A DNA stretch of 32,000 bases from Candidatus Electronema halotolerans. Lineage in GTDB: Bacteria > Desulfobacterota > Desulfobulbia > Desulfobulbales > Desulfobulbaceae. The stretch is taken from positions 180,001 through 212,000 of the forward strand of contig OW818675.1 in the NCBI GenBank assembly GCA_942493095.1, given 5' to 3'. Of this stretch, positions 16,980 through 25,532 are shown one piece after another; the first letter of the stretch is position 1; the number at the start of each line of letters is the position of its first letter. The translations under genes and the position numbers were made by a program. The notes beneath the pieces were generated by a model. That model saw nothing but the letters and a program-made list of their open reading frames with translations. It ran no database searches and was not told the origin of the DNA.

Positions 16980-18230
16980 CTACCGTCCGTCGCGCACCAA
17001 CCGGACCGCACTGTTGCTGCTGCGGTCGTCGATGAAGGAAACGCCGTTGCCGAAACTGACGCTAACCGCGCCGTCCAAGTGCGAGTTAAACACATACGGC
17101 GAACCGGACCAAACAACGGATGCCTTAGTATTCGGAAAAGCCTGTTGATTGATCGTCGGTTCTTCCGACCCATCGTTACACCAACCGCTCTCTTTGTTCA
17201 CCCCCTTGCTGCAATACACCAAGGTTTTCAGTTCATCAATGGTCGGCATCCGCCAGTCAGTATGGTCTGCGTATTCAACATTCTTGAAATGCTTCACCGC
17301 CTCATTCCATGTGTAATACTTCAGCTCGCCCTTTTCGCAGTTCACGCCGGACAAACCTTCTGAGCAGCGTTTCCATATCAAACCGGTTTTCGTGTCAGTG
17401 ACTGTGCCATCGCCATGATAAATATATTGCCCGATTGCTCTGTCTTGCTGTGGCATTTTCTCAGCATTAGGCAGGGGCTGTAGCTTTGGAACTGTCTGCC
17501 GGGACACTGATCCGCCGCGCACCAACCGGACCGCGTTGCCGTCGCTGCGATTGCCGCGAGCGTCGAGACCGGAATAGCCGTGGCCGAAATTGACGAGCCA
17601 CGCATAGGCCGTGCTGTTCGCATCCGGCGACCCGGACCAGTACCACTCCCAAGTATTCGGAAAAGCCTGCTGGTTGATGGTTGGACGTTCCGACTCATCG
17701 TTGCATTCGCCGTCATCTTTGTCTTTCACTCCCTTGCTGCAATGCACCAAGGTTTTCAGTTCATCAATGGTGGGCAGCCGCCAATCAGCATAGCCTGCGT
17801 ATTCAACATTCTTGAAACGCTGCACCGCATCGTCCCATTTATAACTTACCACCTTACCATCTTCGCAGTTATCACCGGATAAACCATCTGAGCATCGTTT
17901 CCACATCAATCCGGTTTTGGTGTCGGTGACTGTACCATCGCCATGATCAATATATTGCCCGATTGTTGTGACTTTTGGTTCTTCGCTGCTGTCAGCAGGC
18001 ATCGATTCCTGCTCCGGCTGGACAATGACAGCAGGAGGTTTTGATGAGGCGGAATTCTTTCCACCGCTATGATGTGCGCCGAACATATACAGTCCCACGC
18101 CTGCTGCCGAACAAAACAAACCGGCAAAAATGAAAAGCAGCAGTTTCGATCTTGGAGGCTGGGGAGGAACCTGCATCTCCTGTTTGCGTTTTTCCTTCGC
18201 ATCTCTGCCATTCTTGGTAAGGATAATCAT
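16980..18230 (-). CDS. Single-pass membrane protein with two tandem DUF1566 (Lcl C-terminal, C-type-lectin-like) ectodomains
   Basis: 416 aa. Basic cytoplasmic tail, TM helix LLLFIFAGLFCSAAGVGLYMF, then a Ser/Pro linker. Two copies of DGTVTDTKTGLxWKRCSxGLSG...W..AV..FKNVEYAG..DWRxPTIDELKTLV...INQQAFPNT...WSGSP...AVRLVR. ATGA overlap with the caspase stop, and AGGAGG lies inside the caspase 3' end. Confidence 0.85.
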   Translation of the reverse strand: MIILTKNGRDAKEKRKQEMQVPPQPPRSKLLLFIFAGLFCSAAGVGLYMFGAHHSGGKNSASSKPPAVIVQPEQESMPADSSEEPKVTTIGQYIDHGDGTVTDTKTGLMWKRCSDGLSGDNCEDGKVVSYKWDDAVQRFKNVEYAGYADWRLPTIDELKTLVHCSKGVKDKDDGECNDESERPTINQQAFPNTWEWYWSGSPDANSTAYAWLVNFGHGYSGLDARGNRSDGNAVRLVRGGSVSRQTVPKLQPLPNAEKMPQQDRAIGQYIYHGDGTVTDTKTGLIWKRCSEGLSGVNCEKGELKYYTWNEAVKHFKNVEYADHTDWRMPTIDELKTLVYCSKGVNKESGWCNDGSEEPTINQQAFPNTKASVVWSGSPYVFNSHLDGAVSVSFGNGVSFIDDRSSNSAVRLVRDGR

Positions 18231-18943
18231 CCTGCCCCTCCTATCATTGATGTCTCCCAGTTCATCGGCACCTGCGCGCCTTCAGCCTGGACTTTCTCAT
18301 GGACGTATTCGTACAGCTCATTCACCGAGATAAGGTCGTCCTCATCTCTGTCCGCTTCGCCGCTGCGGATGCCCTCCAGCAGATGCTTGGTGAACAGGCC
18401 GTTCGAGTCCCCTTCCTTCTCCACCGCTGTCTGAAACGCAGTCGAGGCGGTCATGATGAAGGTGCCCTGCCCGCCGGACATGAGCTGAAGCTGGTCATCC
18501 ACCCCGCCTTTGACAAACTCCGCCCCTGCCGCGCCGCTGTAGCAGCAGTCAAGAATGAGAATCCTCTTCCGTGTGTCGGAAAGATCAAAATACGTTTTGA
18601 TGACTGCCGCAGGAATAGAGGTGGCCTCAAGAGACGAAAAGACCGTGTTGCTGGCAGCAAGACAGAGATGCCCCAAGCGGTTCAGCTTGCCGTGCCCGGA
18701 GTAATAGACCAGCACCAAGTCATCTTGGGCTGCGGCAGAGAGAATGCTGTTCAGCTTGGGCAGGATTTCGTAGCTGGGCCTGTTCTTGAAGACAACAACC
18801 TCGGCGAACAGCCCAAAGTCCGGCGAGACCAGCAGCTCGTGGAGCGCGTCAACGTCGTTCTCCGGGCAGCGCAGTTCATTCAAGCCCGGCTCTTCCGGGA
18901 ACTTGCTGGCAGCTATGAGGATGGCGTAGCGTTTTCCGGCCAT
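18227..18943 (-). CDS. Caspase-fold cysteine peptidase (peptidase C14 / metacaspase-like), cytoplasmic
   Basis: 238 aa. RYAILIAASKF start. Catalytic His context LVYYSGHGKL and catalytic Cys context ILILDCCYSGAAG. No signal peptide. Confidence 0.88.
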   Translation of the reverse strand: MAGKRYAILIAASKFPEEPGLNELRCPENDVDALHELLVSPDFGLFAEVVVFKNRPSYEILPKLNSILSAAAQDDLVLVYYSGHGKLNRLGHLCLAASNTVFSSLEATSIPAAVIKTYFDLSDTRKRILILDCCYSGAAGAEFVKGGVDDQLQLMSGGQGTFIMTASTAFQTAVEKEGDSNGLFTKHLLEGIRSGEADRDEDDLISVNELYEYVHEKVQAEGAQVPMNWETSMIGGAG

Positions 18944-19133
18944 TTCGTTACGGTAGGGGCGTAGGGGCGAAAGATTTTTCGCCCTTTGTTGAGCGCGTCA
19001 ACGTCGTTCTCCGGGCAGCGCAGCTCGGTCAAGCCCGGCTCTTCCGGGAACTTGCTGGCAGCTATGAGGATGGCGTAGCGTTTTCCGGCCATTTCGTTAC
19101 GGTAGGGGCGTAGGGGCGAAAGATTTTTCGCCC
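18842..19133. repeat. 143-bp direct duplication (18842-18984 and 18991-19133, 6-bp spacer, 140/143 identical)
   Basis: Base-by-base comparison at offset 149 bp. The only mismatches are 18875/19024, 18878/19027 and 18879/19028. The unit is the first 102 nt of the caspase CDS plus 41 nt of leader including a hairpin. Confidence 0.95.
18913..19092 (-). pseudogene. Duplicated caspase 5' fragment forming a 59-codon upstream ORF
   Basis: The ATG at 19092 opens MAGKRYAILIAASKFPEEPGLTELRCPENDVDAL (34 codons; one N-to-T change relative to the real gene). It then reads out of frame across the leader copy and the true caspase ATG (18943) to a TAG at 18913-18915. Confidence 0.6.
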
Positions 19134-19137
19134 CTAC
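19110..19137 (-). promoter_or_regulatory. Perfect 12-bp stem hairpin overlapping the EACC1 stop codon
   Basis: GTAGGGGCGAAA-GATT-TTTCGCCCCTAC contains the TAG at 19134-19136. No U-run follows. A shorter 8-bp version (GGGCGAAA/TTTCGCCC, 18965-18984) sits in the other repeat copy just upstream of the real caspase ATG. Confidence 0.5.
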
Positions 19138-19496
19138 CGTTCAATGCAAAGCTGCTGCACCTTCTGAAGCGTTTGCTCAATCTGAGCCGCACTGAAATGC
19201 TCGGCCTTGATCTTCAGCTTGTTGCCGTCCGCCCTCTCAATCTCAAAGCGCAAAGTCGGCTTGCGCTCAACGTAGGATTTCAACACTTGCAGCAAGGCTA
19301 CCACTGTGCCGGAACCCAGCGCAGCAAGCAGTATATCGCCAATGACACCGCCTCTGCTGCCAAGTCCGCCCGCTGTTTCAACCTGCCTTGCCGTCAGATC
19401 AGTTTCCTGACTGATGTCAAGCCGCAGCCTGCCTGTCAGCTCGGCAATGTCCTCAGCAGACAGGCTGCTGTCGTAAAGGGAAAGTGTCGCGTCCAT
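19134..19496 (-). CDS. EACC1-like small protein (effector-associated constant component 1)
   Basis: 120 aa from the internal ATG at 19496, with AGGAGG upstream. Layout: acidic N-terminal segment, Gly-rich hydrophobic helix GGVIGDILLAALGSGTVVALLQVL, basic junction, then RFEIERADGNKLKIKAEHFSAAQIEQTLQKV. This is the pattern I recall for EACC1 proteins (..LGSG....L......R....V..ER.DG.K..I.G.S.EE...L). Confidence 0.72.
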   Translation of the reverse strand: MDATLSLYDSSLSAEDIAELTGRLRLDISQETDLTARQVETAGGLGSRGGVIGDILLAALGSGTVVALLQVLKSYVERKPTLRFEIERADGNKLKIKAEHFSAAQIEQTLQKVQQLCIER

Positions 19497-19735
19497 GAGA
19501 ACCGCCTCCTTGAAAAAAGTCCTATTGCTTGGCGCAGAGCTGCAAAATACCATCATGCCTGCGGAGATAACAAGGAGTTTTTTCCTGAGAACGCTGCCCT
19601 GCCGATCTTCTGCCGCAATCCGCCTCCTCAGCCTTCCTGTGTACAACAGGCGGAAGAACGTGCTATACTCTATTATGCTTGCAGTGCATCCGCCCATCTC
19701 TTGCTGATCAAAAGAACAACCGCTGGAGTTTCACC

Positions 19736-21412
19736 ATGCTGACAGCAACACAGTTGTACCAGAACCGATTCACCCTTTTTCAACCTTTCCTGCACAGCAT
19801 CCGCAACCGCTTCTTCCGGGGCCAGCATATTTCCCTGCGCACGGCAGCAGTGCTCGGCTTTGGCGCAGTGCTGTTCATTGCCCTCTATTTTGTCAGCTTG
19901 CGGGTGATCGGCTATTTCCACAGCCAGAGCGAGCTGGGCATCATCCTCAGCCTGAAGATCTTTCAGATGGCCTGGATGATCATGTTCGCCATGCTGATTT
20001 TCTCGTGCATGGTCTCGGCAGTCTCTTCGCTCTACCTGTCCTCGGACAACGAAATCCTCTGCACCGCCCCAGTCCGGGAGGAGCAGCTGTTCCAGATGCG
20101 CTTCATCACCTCCTTCCTCTACACCTCGTGGATGATGCTCATCTTTTCCCTGCCGATCTTCGGGGCCTACGGCACAATCTTCAAGAGCGGCTGGGCGTAT
20201 CATGCGCTCATGGCCTTGTCCGTTCTCAGCACGGCCCTGACTGCCAGCGGCATCGGTTTGGGCGCGACCATTCTTTTAGTCCGGCTCTTTCCAGCCAAGC
20301 AGACCAAAGATATTACCGTCTATCTCTCCCTGCTCTTCGGCATTCTGCTGTATTTAGTCATCCGCCTGCTCAAGCCGGAAGACTTGGCAGACCCGGAAAA
20401 GTTCCCGGATTTTGTTGATTATCTCTCCAGCTTGCAGGCGCCCGGCTCGGCCCTGCTGCCGCCGTCCTGGGCCAATCAGCTGCTTGGCGGCTACTTGCAG
20501 GATCAGAGCATTGACTGGCTGACTGTCGGCCTGCTGCTGCTCACCCCACTGATTATGTATTGGGCCGGAGAATGGCTGATGGCCCGGTTCTTTTATGACG
20601 GCTTCAGCAAGGCGCAAGAATCCTTTGGCGGCCATCTGACCTTTGGCGGCAGCGCATATCATCCCTCGCCCCTGCGCCGCATCTTCCACAAAGAAGCCAC
20701 TCTCTTTCTCCGCGATTCAGTCGAATGGTCGCAGCTCTTTCTCATTGGCGCGATAATAGTAATTCATATCTACAACTTAAAGTTGCTGCCCATTGAACGA
20801 GCACCTATACCGACTGAATTCATGACCAATTTAATCGCCTTTGGCAACCTCGGTGTAGCAGGATTTATTGCCACCTCCTTGGCCGCCCGCTTTGTCTATC
20901 CCTGCATCGGCGCAGAAGGCCCGGCCTTTGCCGCTGTCCGCTCTTCACCTCTGCCGCTGCCCAAGTATTTGTTGTGCAAATATCTGTTCTACTGCATTCC
21001 TTTTACCGGCATCACCTTGTTCCTGATCATCGCTTCCAATGCCATGCTGCGAATCAGCGGGCCAATGTGGTGGGTTTCCATCGGAGTCAGTTTGGTAATC
21101 ACGTGGAGCGCGGTGGGACTGGCCCTCGGCTTCGGGGCGATGTATGCGGACTTCAAGATTGAAAGCAGGACAGCGGTGCAAGGCAGTTTCGGCATGATGC
21201 TCTTCATGTTTGTCTGCCTATCAATGGAGCTGGCTATGCTGATCATCGGCTTCTGGGGCAATTTCCGCCTGCTCCGCTTCTGGCTGCGCGGCCATGCCCT
21301 TGATCCGCTCGGCCTGCTGCTTTCAGTCGGAGCCTTGGCCCTGATCGTCCTGATCGGTGCGGCAGCTTCGTTCTTCTGTCTGCAAAAGGGATTGAAAACG
21401 CTGGAGGAGTAA
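19736..21412 (+). CDS. Polytopic membrane protein (12 or more TM), possibly putative-ABC-exporter-type permease
   Basis: 558 aa from the ATG at 19736, with GGAG upstream. Hydrophobic helices throughout. The family assignment is only an impression. No ATPase gene is adjacent. Confidence 0.7.
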   Translation: MLTATQLYQNRFTLFQPFLHSIRNRFFRGQHISLRTAAVLGFGAVLFIALYFVSLRVIGYFHSQSELGIILSLKIFQMAWMIMFAMLIFSCMVSAVSSLYLSSDNEILCTAPVREEQLFQMRFITSFLYTSWMMLIFSLPIFGAYGTIFKSGWAYHALMALSVLSTALTASGIGLGATILLVRLFPAKQTKDITVYLSLLFGILLYLVIRLLKPEDLADPEKFPDFVDYLSSLQAPGSALLPPSWANQLLGGYLQDQSIDWLTVGLLLLTPLIMYWAGEWLMARFFYDGFSKAQESFGGHLTFGGSAYHPSPLRRIFHKEATLFLRDSVEWSQLFLIGAIIVIHIYNLKLLPIERAPIPTEFMTNLIAFGNLGVAGFIATSLAARFVYPCIGAEGPAFAAVRSSPLPLPKYLLCKYLFYCIPFTGITLFLIIASNAMLRISGPMWWVSIGVSLVITWSAVGLALGFGAMYADFKIESRTAVQGSFGMMLFMFVCLSMELAMLIIGFWGNFRLLRFWLRGHALDPLGLLLSVGALALIVLIGAAASFFCLQKGLKTLEE

Positions 21413-21426
21413 GCCAGAAAAAGCAA

Positions 21427-21448
21427 GCCCGGAGCAATTGCTCCGGGC
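21427..21448. terminator. Palindromic hairpin between the convergent permease and glmS genes
   Basis: GCCCGGAGCAATTGCTCCGGGC is a perfect palindrome. On the minus strand it is followed by TTGCTTTTTCTGG, so it best fits a glmS terminator and may act in both directions. Confidence 0.6.
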
Positions 21449-21453
21449 GGCCT

Positions 21454-23292
<1,839 letters not shown>

Positions 23293-23323
23293 AATAATTC
23301 CTTTACAGAGCCTGTAGGAAATA

Positions 23324-24055
23324 TCACGACATGTTGCCGACATTCATCGTCGTGATATTTTGGATAAGAAAATTATTTGACTTTAATCTCTTTGGCAGGG
23401 CATTCGCAGCGAGGAAGGCCATAATCAACAAAAAGGCCACGAGATTCACTTTCAGCACATTGACCAGATAATTTTTCTTTGATTTGGATAAGCCTGCTAT
23501 GATCAACTCCTCCCATAAGGTGGTCAGGCCGATGCTGATGACCAGAGCAGTCAAGACATACAAGTACTTTAATATCCAATATGCCGTCAAAGAGCTGTCT
23601 ATTTGTGACTGCGCAGCCCCAAAGAGAATGAAGGTCATAAAATACAAGATTACGATTGTAGCTGCTACACCTTGCTTGTTCAATGCTGAATGATTTTCAA
23701 TCTGAAGAAAATCGATCAATCTTCCAGCAGGACGAAGTGAGATTAAATAAATAACAGGCAGGAAGAATAACATTGAGGTTGGCACCGAAGCACCCAGAAT
23801 AAGGACAAATCCTATTAATGAACTGACGATGTTGGCGACCACGACAAAGAGGATGGATTTAAGAGCAGGAATTGACCTTTCAAGCCATGCAAAACCAATT
23901 GCTTTCAGGAAGACAATACCAAAAAGCGAATAAAAAGGTGCTCCGAAAAGCATGATCAAAGGGATGACCGGTTCGCAGGCAAATGCGGACTTAGGGAATA
24001 AAAGAGCTGCGGCGAAGATAAAAGCTGCCATATCAGCATATCGTGTTTTTTTCAT
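23324..24055 (-). CDS. Hypothetical polytopic membrane protein (about 6-7 TM), AT-rich gene
   Basis: 243-aa ORF with ATG at 24055. Continuous hydrophobic helices and no recognisable family. Visibly lower GC than the flanking glmS. Confidence 0.55.
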   Translation of the reverse strand: MKKTRYADMAAFIFAAALLFPKSAFACEPVIPLIMLFGAPFYSLFGIVFLKAIGFAWLERSIPALKSILFVVVANIVSSLIGFVLILGASVPTSMLFFLPVIYLISLRPAGRLIDFLQIENHSALNKQGVAATIVILYFMTFILFGAAQSQIDSSLTAYWILKYLYVLTALVISIGLTTLWEELIIAGLSKSKKNYLVNVLKVNLVAFLLIMAFLAANALPKRLKSNNFLIQNITTMNVGNMS

Positions 24056-24118
24056 GGCTCCAGCCCGTTTCCTCAGTTCAGGTTTTGACGCGCTTCAGTG
24101 TCAAGTCCGCATGATGGA

Positions 24119-24910
24119 TCAATTGTCTCCTTCAGTGCCCAGCACCATCGTCCAATAGTACTGATACCTATGCACGCCCGGATCATTTTGTTTCAAATAC
24201 ACAGCCAGTCCGATGTGGGTGTATTCGGCCCGCAGCATGTTCCAGCGATGTCCTGCGCTCTGCATCCACGATCTGATCGCGCCTTCAGCAGTGGCGTGGC
24301 CAGCACTGATATTCTCGCCAGCTCCCCAATGCCATCCGGCAGCGGCAGCGCGGGACGAAGGCGATGAGCCATCCTGTCCCCGATGATCAAAGAAGTCTAA
24401 TTCCGCCATGTTCCGCGAATGAATCAAGGCTGCTGTGCTGAGTCGGTCATCCAATATCAGCGCGGGAACGCGGTCCGGATCCGCTGGAGCACCTTCCGGT
24501 TTTGGCTCCCGCGTGGAAACATCCGTGCGCCGCTCGTTGGTCAAGGCAAAGGCTTGGTTGATCAGAGCCTTGCCTTGGCTTTCGTCAAGGTCGCCATAAG
24601 AAAGATCAGCAGGAATCTCCAGTGGAGCAGCTTCCTTCAAGGTTGCAGAAACCTGAATATTTTCATTAGGCGGCTCCACCACGGCAAAGACAATTGTGAT
24701 GCCGCTGCGCAGCACCTGCCAGACCGCAGAGGAGGCATCGCTGCTGACAGGATACGGGCCTCGGTAGCGGCCTGCGTCAAAGTCGGCTTTTGGCATGATG
24801 GTCATAAAGCCCAAGGTGCCGCCGCTCCACTCCAATTTGATTTTATCACCGGGTTTTGCCTCAAATTCTTGGAACAGTGCATAGGTTGATCCCCAGTTCA
24901 AGCGTTCCAT
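24119..24910 (-). CDS. CAP/SCP/PR-1-like domain protein with an N-terminal beta-rich domain
   Basis: 263 aa with a strong AGAGGAGAAA RBS. The C-terminal part LSTAALIHSRNMAELDFFDHRGQDGSSPSSRAAAAGW..GENISAGHATAEGAIRSWMQSAGHRWNML...YTHIGLAV matches the CAP-domain signature. No signal peptide seen. Confidence 0.78.
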   Translation of the reverse strand: MERLNWGSTYALFQEFEAKPGDKIKLEWSGGTLGFMTIMPKADFDAGRYRGPYPVSSDASSAVWQVLRSGITIVFAVVEPPNENIQVSATLKEAAPLEIPADLSYGDLDESQGKALINQAFALTNERRTDVSTREPKPEGAPADPDRVPALILDDRLSTAALIHSRNMAELDFFDHRGQDGSSPSSRAAAAGWHWGAGENISAGHATAEGAIRSWMQSAGHRWNMLRAEYTHIGLAVYLKQNDPGVHRYQYYWTMVLGTEGDN

Positions 24911-24953
24911 TTTCTCCTCTTGTTTTTTCTGGCAAGTTATATTGGGAAGGCTA

Positions 24954-25508
24954 TCAATTCAACCTGATAGCCTTCCCACCGCCGCCGAGATTCTGACCAT
25001 CTGGACTTTTATACACTCCTCCCCCAGAAAAAGTAGTGATGATCGAATCAGAACCGTTAAGACCAGTTCCATTTTCGCATATCATCTTTTTGACAGTTTG
25101 TGTTCCATCATATACTCGTTGTGTCTTTCCACCGCCGCCGAGATTTTGACCATCTGGACTGAAATAAATACCAGCACCACTGAATGCTGTAACAACACCT
25201 CCACGACAAGGGGTCATTGCTTTGACAGTTTGAGTTCCCTTGTAAACTTTATAAGTTCTTCCACCGCCACCGAGATTTTGACCATCTGGACTTCTATATA
25301 TTCCTCCTCCGCTAAATGCTGTAATTATTTCGCCGTTATAATCTATTAGTGCCAGAGCTTGTTGGGTTCCTTGATAAACAAGAACAGGGTTGCTGCCATT
25401 GTTTGGATAATACAAGATATTTCCATTGGATTGCGGTTTATATGTCCCTGCAAAGAGATTCTCGGTGAACAGTAGCATAGCACTAAAAAGAATAACTATT
25501 TTCTTCAT
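24954..25508 (-). CDS. Secreted repeat protein with 44-51-aa blade-like repeats, each ending in the motif SPDGQNLGGGG
   Basis: 184 aa. GGAGG RBS 24 bp after the gatA stop. Signal peptide MKKIVILFSAMLLFTENLFA. Three repeats of VYxGTQ...(I/V)(I/V)T(A/T)FSG(G/A)G(I/V)YxSPDGQNLGGGG. DNA-level repeats CCACCGCC(G/A)CCGAGATT(C/T)TGACCATCTGGACT at 24976, 25129 and 25261. Confidence 0.75.
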   Translation of the reverse strand: MKKIVILFSAMLLFTENLFAGTYKPQSNGNILYYPNNGSNPVLVYQGTQQALALIDYNGEIITAFSGGGIYRSPDGQNLGGGGRTYKVYKGTQTVKAMTPCRGGVVTAFSGAGIYFSPDGQNLGGGGKTQRVYDGTQTVKKMICENGTGLNGSDSIITTFSGGGVYKSPDGQNLGGGGKAIRLN

Positions 25509-25532
25509 TTGATCCTCCCTTGTTGTTTTATT

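Noticed and set aside
16861-17148. 95-aa ORF with repeated FSKTTLGV / FFKTTLV peptides. Similarly, 24942-25349(+) has repeated AAEILTIWT.
   Set aside because: These are translations of DNA repeats. The first comes from the intergenic iteron-like array and the second from the antisense strand of the Asp-box-like repeat gene. They are not independent genes.
16980-17969. Diversity-generating retroelement (VR/TR pair) acting on the lectin-fold DUF1566 domains
   Set aside because: No reverse transcriptase or accessory gene in the window. The two similar segments differ by indels and by substitutions at all bases, not only at adenines. Both are coding domain copies rather than a non-coding template repeat.
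21413-21453. attTn7-type insertion downstream of glmS
   Set aside because: Only 41 bp separate the glmS stop from the convergent permease gene, and a terminator hairpin fills that space. No Tn7-like genes or ends are present.
23293-23323. glmS ribozyme or other leader RNA upstream of glmS
   Set aside because: The gap to the upstream gene is about 31 nt, too short for a ribozyme. The organism also looks Gram-negative, where this ribozyme is not expected.
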